Shown here: piece after piece, positions 13,684-26,330 of the stretch
Position numbering within the stretch: the stretch's first letter is position 1
Layout of the letters: every line of letters starts with the position of its first letter
NCBI GenBank assembly: GCA_964016885.1
Contig: OZ024741.1
Location: forward strand, 226,734,001 to 226,798,000
Length of the DNA: 64,000 nucleotides
Direction: 5' to 3'
From: Eledone cirrhosa
Taxonomy: Eukaryota
Notes under the pieces: model-generated
What the model saw: the letters and a program-made list of their open reading frames with translations, nothing else
Told to the model about the DNA's origin: nothing
Databases searched by the model: none
Translations under genes and position numbers: made by a program

Positions 13684-13757
<74 letters not shown>

Positions 13758-13762
<5 letters not shown>

Positions 13763-13890
13763 AACGAGAAGGACCCCGACGGCTGAGGTCAGCCGTCGGG
13801 GTCCTACTCGTTCCTATTACCCACTCTACTACCCTAAGTATTGAGTACTTTGGTGCGTTATGGTCCACCTTGTTCCTTACCACATTTCTT
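13758..13890. mobile_element. Short PLE-like terminal fragment with ~60-bp hairpin
   Basis: Imperfect palindrome 13758-13817; shares sequence with 30961-31003 and 46800-46915; sits between (TA)n tracts. Confidence 0.5.
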
Positions 13891-13892
13891 TC

Positions 13893-13927
<35 letters not shown>

Positions 13928-14495
13928 TATATATATATATACAATATATTGAAAAGATAACACACTAGAGAGGGAGATAGTGCGCCATCAATCGGACAGG
14001 GGAAAACCACCAGTGTATGGGATCTATAGCCCATGGCAGGCAGAGTAGACACACAATAATTAAAAATATGAATGATAGTGTTAATACATACCTCGATAAC
14101 TATCTAACACACACGTGCAAATCCAAAAAGATCTGTTTCGCCAAATAAGTTGTTGACAGAAATGATTAGCCCATGGTTCATCAGCTTGTGTAAGGCTATA
14201 CATCTCAGACAACTCTAAGAGAACCTAAAGCCACACGTGGGAGAGAGAATTCACAGCGTGCCTAGGGCAGTCACCAGTGACGAGCTGCTAGAAATGGCAT
14301 AATTATCTTTCTCTCTAGTGTGTTATCTTTTCAACATATTGTATTATAAAGGGGTTGGGACTCCTTCTCCTTTGAGCAAATTACTGCCAGGGAATAACGA
14401 GAGTCTATGGCTCCGTTAATTTATCGTGATATTTATATATATATATATATAAAAATCCAACATTAATAATTTTCAACAAACAAAGTTTATATGAA

Positions 14496-15710
<1,215 letters not shown>

Positions 15711-17088
15711 AAATATACAGTACGTACATTCATATATACATTACTATTTCAGGGCACCAACACAAATGTATATAGATTCTTCTGTTTATATATTTGCATG
15801 CAAAATAAAACCAATAGAATACACAAAATACATTAACAAACAAATTTTTTCATCCGCTTGTAGCTTGTAACATTATCAAACAAATCTGCCCGACATTCTC
15901 TCGTTGGCTATTTTTGTAATATTTCGACGAAAAATCCTTTATATGAATTTCAAAAATAAATGTGATATGAATAACAATAAAATAATTTTTGTAATTCCTT
16001 GAAGCGTATGGTACGAAAATGTCCGACGTTCAATCATTCTACAGCTCCAAACAAATCAATAATTCAATAATTTTCCATTGTTAACGGAAATTTCACATTC
16101 AAATTATTTTGTAGTCACGAATCTGTATTTTCCGTTGAAATATTTCAACATAACCAACAAACTGAACATCGGACAGCCTTATATAATATTGATACATGCT
16201 CCCACAAAATCGAAAGGATATTTATTGTTAACACGCATTAACTAAACATTTTTCAAGGGGAGATAAAAGAAACCAATCGGTAACCTCGGCAAGCGTTGAA
16301 CACTGAGCAAGACCATATAAGAACTCAGATTAGCAATTTGAGAAATTTTAGAATATTACTCGTACTAAATTTACTCGCACTAATATTATAGTACTAAATT
16401 TCTATAAAAATATGGGATGTTTACGAATGGGATGCCTCTCACCAAAAATCTGTTTTACCAGATTTGATTTGAGGTCTAATTAACGACAACAGAAAGTAAC
16501 AGAAAGATAGCAAAATCAGTAGAGCACCAAACAATCAACTGAGTGCTCGACAATTCGCATTCTGCCACCGGCGTTTCCCAGTCTCCCTATCTTTAAATCG
16601 GTGTAATAGTGTTGAGCTCCCGTTCTCCTGTAGATTTGAAATTCGATAGAGACTCTAATAACGTTTTCCCCACTGTATGTAATTATTCCCACCCCAGAGT
16701 TGACTGGTTAAAAAGAAGAACATGAAGATGTGAAAAACAAAATCATTATCAATTTTGTCCAATGTTTTCAGCTGCTGCGTGACTGAAACATGAAAGATCT
16801 GTCAACTGATACAAAATATCACTTGCAGTAATATGACATCAAAGATGTTATCAAAAGGAAAATTGCTGTAAAAATCATTTGAATCTTCAGTAAATAATTT
16901 TAGTGTAAATTCCATTTAGATTTATTTTATTCTGTGCTTCTATTATTTGCAGAATCGAAGTGTCCAAGTGGATAAGAAATTCAAATGTTGGCTATTGGTT
17001 CGTCAAGTGATATTAGTTATAAGTATTTTATTTTCTCATAGTAAAATATTTAATTCTATATTTGTCTCAGTTTTCCTGCAGTTTGGCA

Positions 17089-17178
17089 ATGGATACCAGG
17101 ATTTTTGGGGTAACGTGTATGATTTTCTTGGCAGCAACCTTAGCATTTTTCGAAACCTCTGAAACTAGTAGGAAGAAG
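17089..17178 (+). CDS. Probable first coding exon of a secreted/membrane host protein (signal peptide)
   Basis: Acceptor ttttcctgcag (ends 17081), ATG at 17089, MDTRIFGVTCMIFLAATLAFFETSETSRKK, strong donor AAG|gtaagt at 17178/17179, phase 0; lies in non-repetitive DNA. Confidence 0.6.
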
Positions 17179-17560
17179 GTAAGTTATGCTCTGACCGGAG
17201 ACATGACCTGAATGCTTGCAAAAGAGTGAACTCCATTAAAATCACAGGGGTCATGTCGCAGTGTTAAACGAGGTGGCATTTATTTTAATGTCAGCATTAG
17301 CCTTTGGTAATAAATATTGCAACGAAAACAAACAACGAAAACAAACAGATCTTCTCCTAGACTTCAGATGTTTGATATATATAATCATAAAAATCAAATT
17401 GATAAACAAATATTGACAAGAAATAAATGTTGGTTCGCCTCATTCAACAGAATACTCAAACAAATCTAAAATAAATACAGTATTTAAATTACCGTCATGA
17501 AGAAAACTACTAACCCCACCAAACACACATATATATATATATAAAGGGAGAAAGAAAGAG

Positions 17561-17860
17561 AGAATAAGGAAAATGTGAAGTTCGGTGTAGATGTTAAAGT
17601 GTTCTTTATTAACCAAGCTGTGATACATATTTCAATGATAATTGTGTCTACGTGGTTGTGAAATCATGTAACAGGTCACGCGCTACGTAAACATTATTTT
17701 TGACCGGCCCCTTGACCTTAGATTGGATTGCCTCGGAAACCTAATGATGGTGCCTGATGAGACCGCGTGATCGGTTACATGATTGAACAATCACGTAGCC
17801 ACGATCGTCATTGAAATATGTATCACAGCTTCTACACCGAACTTAACATTTTCCTTATTC
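17561..17860. repeat. Degenerate fold-back of a PLE-like terminus with a broken hammerhead
   Basis: 17561-17682 is an imperfect reverse complement of 17764-17860; CTGATGA-GACCG..CGGT at 17754, but GAAA is missing. Confidence 0.5.
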
Positions 17861-17907
17861 TACACGTTACCGATTGACAAATCATAGTTGGAAGAATAAA
17901 CATGACG

Positions 17908-18205
17908 TAGAGTGTTTGAATCGAATTGCCTCTTTATTTACTGCATACAACAACCCCGTTTAGTCAGCATGTTTACCGTAAGTATATATATATATATTTA
18001 ATATAGAAATGTCTTTTACAGGACTAGAACTGTTTCATTCGAAGGAAATCATCAGGAAAGCCTTTCCTAGTGTTGTGATTTCCTTCGAATGAAACAGTAG
18101 AAGCCATTTCTATATTAAATATATATATATACTTACGGTAAACATGCTGACTAAACGGGGTTGTGTATGCAGTAAATAAAGAGGCAATTCGAGTCAAACA
18201 CTCTA
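17908..18205. repeat. ~300-bp fold-back with a hammerhead near its centre
   Basis: Arms 17908-18011 and 18106-18205 are reverse complements; minus-strand CTGATGA-TTTC cttc GAAT-GAAA-CAG..CTG-TA at 18013-18060. Confidence 0.85.
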
Positions 18206-19124
18206 GTGCTAACGAGATATTTCTCTATTTCACTGCATCTGTAAGGGCGGCGGGTTTGAAGAATCATTTGAACATCGGACAAAGTGCTGGGTGGCACTTA
18301 GATAGCTATTCACGTTCTGGTTTCATGTACCACCGTGATCAAATTTGTTTTTCATCAGTGTGTGTGTGCGGGGGGGGGGGGCGATAAAATAAGGCGCTAC
18401 TCTAGTACTGAGGTTCGAATTAATCGACTATAACTTCCACGTATGCTTAAATTAGGAACTATCTTACTACGTCTATAAATCAGCTACAACGTAAGCAAGC
18501 GTCACTAGATGCCTTCCGTTCATCTCTATATATTGATCATACTTAGTTTTACGGTTGAAATAGTATACATTTCACTGGGATGGTCAAATAGCACCAAAAC
18601 ATGTCCTGTACTTACACCAGCCTGTTTTAAAGACCAGATCCACTCCAATCAATTCTCTGTTCATCAGCTGATCTTATTGGAGTTATCTTCTTTGTATATG
18701 CTTTTCCAAGTTTGAAACGAACACAGGGAGAGATCTTGTTTACTAACAGTTTGGATATTATCAGTTGATATTCGTTATATATCAGAAGACATATCGTAGA
18801 GATTGTTGATATTTACTGGTGAACATTCGTGTACATTGCCTCATCACATATAAACATCTAGTGATTCTATCTAACCAGCCAGCCAATCGACCAATCAACC
18901 AATCAACCAGCCATATAACCAGTCCCAAAAGCACCCAACTACACATTGATTGTTGCAAACCAGCAGGAGATACTCATCTGTGTACTTTTTAAAGTAAATG
19001 AAGGAAGGAATAGCCGCCGAACATCTGTCATTATTATATCGACATTCCAGTAAACATCAGATTATATAAAAACTACAATCCACGATATATATTCTTTCAT
19101 ACATAAATACATGTATACATATGT

Positions 19125-19178
<54 letters not shown>

Positions 19179-19185
<7 letters not shown>

Positions 19186-19792
19186 GTACATACATATAGG
19201 TATACAGACGTACAGTAGTATGTATATATATATACATACATGCACACATATATATGCACGTATGGATTTACCGAACATTTATTATATTGCTCGGTGTGTT
19301 TGTAAACAAACATCCCGTATTAAGCCGTAGTGTCTAGCAACCATCGTTGCTCGTTTGTTCAACACTGACAAAGGAACGCTGTACTAGTTTCAAGCTTATT
19401 AGCTATCGTCAGCAACGTATACCTTCCTGCCAGATTGTTGAACGTATATACTTACCTTATGCATATTAACGGCTGAGTAGCCCAATTTGCATATCGAGTG
19501 GGTTAATCGGCCGGGTGCACCGAAAACGATAAACGAGTGTTGAACAAACGAGCAACCATGGTTGCTAGACACTACGGCTTAATACGGGATGTTTGTTTAC
19601 AAACACACCGAGCATTATAATAAATGTTCGGTAAATCCATCGTGCATATATATATATGTGTGTGCATGTATGTATATATATATATACATACTACTGTACG
19701 TCTGTATACATATATGTATGTATGTGTACATACTTATATTTAAGTAACAGCCGTACTAAGAGTGGGAAATGAAATTTCGTTTCATTTTTTCC

Positions 19793-19795
<3 letters not shown>
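19179..19795. mobile_element. PLE-like terminal fold-back
   Basis: Arms 19179-19366 and 19536-19730; same family as 32761-33180; flanked by (TA)n. Confidence 0.7.
19377..19417 (-). ncRNA. Minimal Type I hammerhead motif
   Basis: CGTTG-CTGACGA-TAGCT aata AGCTT-GAAA-CTAG-TA-CAGCG; ACTAGT palindromic stem III. Confidence 0.8.
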
Positions 19796-19872
<77 letters not shown>

Positions 19873-20413
19873 CGGCGGCGAAGATTCGACACCGTATCTG
19901 AGCTTTCCCGCTTCTGGGACAACTGTGGTTAGTTGTTTACGCCCGGCAGACCAACGCCTTGGGAGATGCTAAACACAGGTCAGATGTTGTTTAAGCCTGA
20001 CAAAAAGAGGTCAGATATATCCATTCTTGTAAGTTGTTTACACCTGGCAGCCCAACCCCTTGGGAGATTCTAACCAAAGGTTAGAGGATATATCTATCCT
20101 TCTAACTTCAACCGTTATAAATACAGGGGTTGTTTACGCCCCGGCAGAAAAAGTAATACCACAGACAAGAACGGACATTTCACCTACGCCATCAAATCTC
20201 CCTTCACGAAAAACTTCTGTCCACTATTTTCTCACACGCCTTACACGCCTCACACGCCTGGCTGAGTGATTACTACTACTACTGAAACAAGAAAGTATAC
20301 TAATACGCACACACGTACACATAGTAAGTTCACACTGTTTTCATTTCACATGCACCATTTCTGTTTGTCAGATTGTATCTTTCAGATACAATACAATTAT
20401 ATTATAATCGTAT

Positions 20414-20601
20414 CGACGGTGGATTGGCAGTATCGGTAGAGGGTCGGACGCCATGCTTAGCAGCAAAGAGTTACGGTCCTTTATGGTCTGAGTTCAAATC
20501 CCGCAAAGGTTAACTGTGTCTTTCATCCTTACGGGGTCGATAAAATAAAGTACCACTAATACACTGAGATAATTACTCGCCTTGTGCCAGAAGTAGAAAC
20601 A
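20414..20601 (+). mobile_element. tRNA-derived SINE
   Basis: A/B boxes; 13-bp TSD ATTATAATCGTAT (20401-20413, 20602-20614). Confidence 0.9.
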
Positions 20602-21156
20602 ATTATAATCGTATTCTGTGATACTTGTATGTAGGTGGCTCGAAAAGCCACCTAATTATTGTACGAATATTTCATGTTATAGGTTTTATCATTCAATATT
20701 CAAATTGAATATTGTTATAATAAAATAAACTTTGTAACAACACAATCCTGGTATTATTCTTTGCATTGAAACCATCATACCAACAATTCCATCTTTTCAC
20801 TTATCCGTTACATATATATATACGTATATATATATATATATATTTCGTTTCTGAATTTGTTTAGCAAGATTCTTTATCTGAAATCGTGTGTTGAAACCGA
20901 TATTGTTATACTTTGGGAGGGTCATGTTGCCAATAAGAAACACACGCACCAGTTGCTTTCACTTCAATTTAATTTATTATATATTTATAAATTTACAAAT
21001 TTATAAATTTCTGGTTGGTTGGTTGGTTCCACAACCAGATAGTTGTTTATATATATATAGTCATAGTTCTTTCGTCACACACTCTGTGACCTCTTCAGTG
21101 ACTGGGGATTTCTTTCTTCGTTTCTGTGCCTTTCCTTTCTTCTATCCTACGCCATT

Positions 21157-21220
<64 letters not shown>

Positions 21221-21979
21221 ATTAAAATACTAGAGTGTGTTGGAGTTAAACACCCTCTTCATATTATAGAAATGACAGTAAAGATATAGCTCAATGTAAT
21301 TAAACAGAACCGAAGAATATAATATACCATATAGCCTTAATTGGCGAATAGTAGCACGCTCTAATAACCTATCAACACACACTAAATTCTGTAATCTCTG
21401 TATCCTTGAGACCCACTCTATAATTTTCTCTAGGGAACTCTTACTTAATAGAAAGTCTGAAATATTTTCTTCCTGCCCCCACGCCATTTCTAATTCTTAC
21501 TTTTATTATAAACCTAAAAGTTCTGGTTGTGTAAATTGTATCCATTAGCTGCTATATTCCCTTATCTTTTTTGTTTAGGTTCATTTTGTTTACCACCATT
21601 ATTATCATTATTATTATTGGTTTTTAACAGCTTTTCGATCTAACTTTCATAGTCTAATGGCTACCATACCATATCTATCTTCTTAAATATTATATTTTCA
21701 CTATTAACACCTTATGAGTTTATATCTGATTATATATTTTATTTTATTTTATTTTATTTGGATTCTCATTTAGATATTTAACTCCCCCCCCCCCACACAC
21801 TTGTCATTCGCCCCTTCAATTATACTATAATTATATTCAATTCCCTTTTATGCTCCTTTCTATTGTATTATACAATATATTGATTATGATTTTATGCTCC
21901 TTCGCATCCTCCATACCTTTCTTTTTTCTGTCCCCATTGGCCTACCATAGTTCTATTTAAGGTCCGTTTATTAGATAAC

Positions 21980-22153
21980 TGTTTCTACTTTTGACACAAG
22001 GCCAGCAATTACCCAGTGCATTACTGGTACTTTATTTTATCGACCCCGTAAGGATGAAAGGCAAAGTCAACCTCGGCGGGATTTGAACTCAGATCGTAAA
22101 GGGACGTAACTATGCTGGAAAGCATGGCGTCCGACCCTCTACCGATACTGCCA
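21980..22153 (-). mobile_element. tRNA-derived SINE
   Basis: Family match; TSD TAGATAAC (21972-21979, 22154-22161). Confidence 0.9.
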
Positions 22154-23403
22154 TAGATAACGTTATTCAACTGAAAGTAGAATATTTCATTCTATTCTGG
22201 ATATTTTTATTGAGATATCTTAAACTTTAGAGATGTTGATTACTTAAACCATAGCTAATTTTGTATTGATTTATTATGTATTTTAAATACTTTCAATATT
22301 AATTGATTTAATAAGGTTTTCTAGTCATTTATCCGGGTTTGATTCCTAATTTGTTTTACTTAACTGCTTGTGACACCTAAGTAAATATATTTGTTTTTAT
22401 TTTTCGATTTCCGGTTGATTTTATTTATATTTTTTCACTACCGTGCGTAGTTTCTGTCTGGTTCTTGTTCACTTATTCACATATGTCTGTCTACCAACCA
22501 TGTAATTATGTATACTATACTATGTTTGTTATTTGATATTGAAGTTGTTATATCATATCACTTTATGTAATCGTACTATAGATCTTAAATATTTACCGAT
22601 TATTCGATGTACCCTTATGTTAAATTTTGTAAATTCTGTAATATGTTTATATTTTTATAATTTTTATAATATTTAGATAATATTTATTTATACCAATTGT
22701 ATAAAAACTCGACCTCCGTCTGTTTTCTTACAACGGTATAGATATTTTTCCAACACAATTTTTTCAACACAATTTAGTTCTGTATGATATTTTTTTCTCA
22801 CCCTGTGTGTAACTTTATATGATTTGTTAAGTTATATGTCAATATATTATAATATTGTTATTATAGTGTTATTGTAATATTTATATTGTTTGTGCAAATT
22901 GCCCGGAGATTATAAATTATAAATTATATAATTATATAGTATATTATATATTATATGTTTATTTTTATTCATTTCTTTATCATTTTATACTGTAAATAAT
23001 ATATGTATTATATTTATATTTAAACTCTTAATAAGTGTTAGTTTGTGTTTGTATTGATGGATATGTGTATTGATATATATATATATATATATATGTGTAC
23101 ATATGTATATATATATATATATATATATGTATATTGGGCCTTTTAATATTATTATTATTATCATTATCAATTATATTATATTATATTATATTATATATCG
23201 TACTGTAATTCTCGCTTTATATCACCACTTGTGTTTAGTTTTAGTTTTTGCATTGTACTATATTTGTAATATGGTTCAAAATGTTTTTCACTTCCTTAGC
23301 AATTTTTACTTGATAATTTTCCTATGATTTAATGTATGTATACTCCATATTCTTCTGAGTTTTTGGCTTGTATTTGCCGATAGTGCTTCTTATAGCTTTA
23401 CTT

Positions 23404-23441
23404 GCCCTGATGAATCCTTAATAGGACGAAACATTGTTGGC
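23404..23441 (+). ncRNA. Minimal Type I hammerhead motif (end of a probable PLE 3' region)
   Basis: GCC-CTGATGA-ATCCT taat AGGAC-GAAA-CATTG-TT-GGC, ~50 bp upstream of (TA)n. Confidence 0.7.
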
Positions 23442-23486
23442 TAATAAAGACTTTTGATGTATTGAAGGCTTCTTTGGTTAATTTTC

Positions 23487-23529
<43 letters not shown>

Positions 23530-23549
23530 ATATATATATACATATATAC

Positions 23550-23646
<97 letters not shown>

Positions 23647-23782
23647 TATATACGTTATTCCGGGTTGAATCGGAGGTAACCACAGTAAGTAAGGTACTCA
23701 ATACATAGATGATTTCTAATGAATGAAACAGTTCTAGTCCTGTAGAATCTCATCTATATATAAATATATATATATATATATA

Positions 23783-23843
<61 letters not shown>

Positions 23844-24572
23844 ATACAAACTGAATCTTCTCTGCTACTGCCACTATTAATGGTAACATAGCTAAGGTCA
23901 ACACTACAACACTAAGAGAGAAAGAAAGAAAAGTAGACAAAAATGTGAACTTTTCTCTTTATATATGTATGTAAAAACAATTTTTCCCCATATTCTTCTT
24001 GTTCTTATTAATATGCAATTTAATTGCATTATACACTTCCGTCGAGTGAAGAAGCCTACAAGCTGAAACCGGTACAAATAATGTGAAAATTCCTATTTTG
24101 TAAATAAATATTTTGATGTTATTCTGAGAGAAAATCCCTTTAGTATTTTCTACTGTTTTTTTTCTTTTTTAATATTTATATTTATATATAAACTGGAAAG
24201 ATATAGGTGAAAGAGTTATATGATCTCAAAATATTTATTACAATAAACTGTACTATGAATTCCTAATATGCAGGTTTATCCACGCGTTGAATAAATTAAA
24301 TTATGTTATAACTAACAGTGTTTGGTAATATATTCGAGCGCTACTGGTAACATGTAAACATGTAACCCAGTACAACCTGTTGCATGGCCTGGTTGACGGA
24401 GACTTAACCTGCAACCACATCTAGCCATCTTGGCGAGGAGGAGGATTTCTGGACATACAACAATATCTATCAAAGGCGGAGGATCTCGTGAGAGTCAATA
24501 GTATTTGCATATGTATATATTATGTGTGTATATATATATTATTATATATATATATATATTATTGTCAGGTCA

Positions 24573-25169
24573 CCAATTGGTGCTACTGGTAACATGTATC
24601 CCAGTACAACCTGTCTCATGGTCGGGTCGTTGGCGACTAAACAGGCAACTCCACCAAGGTTTCTTGGTGAGGAGGGTGACTTTGGACATCCTGCAGGACT
24701 AAAAACAAAACATGTCAAAGGGCAAAGGAGCTCTTAAGAGTCAATGGCCATCCAAAATCACCGGGAGAGATGACCCCTTAGCCTTTGTCAAGGCAGAATT
24801 CTAGGAGAAGGAAAACTCTGATATAACACCTGCAACCCTGATGGTATCCAATGATGTTGACTTGTTCTTCTTTTTGGTAAATATCATCTTGGTTAAGAGA
24901 GTGGGGCTGGCTTTGTGCAGTGCCTTTGCTCACTATAAAAGCTTCACGGCACAGGCATTGCTTTATATCTGGAGATCTCTCTGTACTTGTCGTCACATGG
25001 TACTATGGGCCCAGCACTATGTGTCAATAATTGTCACAAGTATAGTGTTTGTACCAGAGTTTTCAAGTCGCTGGCTGGACTAAAATGTCACACTTGTTCA
25101 GCGCATCGGTAGGGGTTCTCCTACATGGATATAAAGTAGTGGCCGTACTCGAAAACGAGTTGGAAGCCA

Positions 25170-25173
<4 letters not shown>
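24573..25173 (+). mobile_element. ~600-bp non-autonomous RTE-related retroposon
   Basis: Near-identical inverted copy at 61162-61761; 3' end GGCCGTACTCGAAAACGAGTTGGAAGCCACCAT resembles the RTE-like tails at 34161-34197 and 61839-61875. Confidence 0.75.
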
Positions 25174-25222
<49 letters not shown>

Positions 25223-25309
25223 TTATTCCGGGTTGAATCGGAGGTAACCACAGTAAGTAAGGTACTCAATACATAGCATAGCAGAGTATAAAAGTTTTAA
25301 TATAGATGA

Positions 25310-25358
25310 GATTCTACAGGACTAGAACTGTTTCATTCTTTAGAAATCATCAGGAATC
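25310..25358 (-). ncRNA. Type I hammerhead motif (left of inverted pair)
   Basis: GATTC-CTGATGA-TTTC taaa GAAT-GAAA-CAG ttctagtc CTG-TA-GAATC. Confidence 0.8.
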
Positions 25359-25409
25359 AGATTCCTGATGATTTGTAAAGAATGAAACAGTTCTAGTCCT
25401 GTAGAATCT
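25359..25409 (+). ncRNA. Type I hammerhead motif (right of inverted pair)
   Basis: AGATTC-CTGATGA-TTTG taaa GAAT-GAAA-CAG ttctagtc CTG-TA-GAATCT; stem II weakened. Confidence 0.7.
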
Positions 25410-25411
25410 CA

Positions 25412-25485
<74 letters not shown>

Positions 25486-25679
25486 ATATATATGTATATA
25501 TATATATATGTATGAGGACATATATTGTGTGTATACATATAAGTGTGTGTATATTACATGTATATATATGTGTGTGTGTATGTGTGTGTGTGTGAGTGAG
25601 TATGTGTAAGTGTGAGAAATGGAAATACTTAGTTTAGTGTCCGTGTACGTAGTTAGACGACCAGGAGTGTGTGACTCCT

Positions 25680-26330
25680 GGACCTTGTTAGGATATCAAT
25701 TTAGGAGAAGGAAAACTCTGATGTAAAACCACTACTCAGTAGCAGCCAATGATGTTATTTAGTTTTCTGTTTGGATACCTGCTCCCGTTGTTCAGCAAGT
25801 GGGATTGGGCAAGTGCAAGGCTTTTCTTCACTTAAAAAAGCTTCAAGCACAGGCATCACTTTATCTAAGCATATTTCACATGAACATGGTGGAAAATCAA
25901 AAGGAAGCCATAGGGAAGCTGGTGTGGCAGTTTTGTATCAAAAATACAATTGCTTCTGGGCCAGATGAGTTCCTTCGTGTCTTCTCTGATCGACTCATTT
26001 CTATGAGGGCTCCGCTATCCGAGAATAAGTTCGTTACATTTGTGAATGTATGTGCTCCACGGAGGACAAAAAGCTTAAATGAACTGGTCCAGAAGATCCT
26101 CCGATCTTATAAAGTTCTGATACTTGCGGGCTTTAATACTAGGTTTGGAAAGGACCACAGAACATGGGATGAGATTGGTTTGGTAAATATGAGATTCGAA
26201 ATGTAATAGCTAAGATATGCTGCACCTGCAGATGTGCTATGTCTTTGTTTATCTAACACTTTCTTCCAATACAAGAAGACAACTTGGATGCATCAAGATA
26301 CTAAGATAGCTGTGACATGATCACGGTTAA
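25680..26330 (+). mobile_element. Decayed RTE LINE 5' part with APE endonuclease remnant
   Basis: DRLISMRAPL...FVNVCAP...KVLILAGFNTRFGKD resembles RTE APE motifs (YAPT, GDFNARVG); 5' part resembles the 600-bp element. Confidence 0.7.

Larger units (their letters stand above)
4905..13687 (-). repeat. ~517-bp tandem array (about 17 units) carrying one hammerhead motif per complete unit; retrozyme/satellite-like
   Basis: Equivalent positions recur at 5450, 5939, 6447, 6966, 7474, 7992, 8509, 9026, 9544, 10061, 10578, 11095, 11613, 12131, 12649, 13167 (mostly 517-518 bp spacing); flanked by (TA)n on both sides. Confidence 0.95.

Noticed and set aside
4905-13687. CRISPR array or rDNA/5S/snRNA cluster
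   Set aside because: No repeat-spacer structure; no rRNA, snRNA or tRNA similarity seen; eukaryotic context
14125-14190. Minus-strand CTGATGA...GAAACAGATCT motif
   Set aside because: Stems I and III do not close; counted only as a degenerate relic
21230-21487. 85-aa minus-strand ORF
   Set aside because: No motif I can recognise; lies in probable decayed repeat DNA
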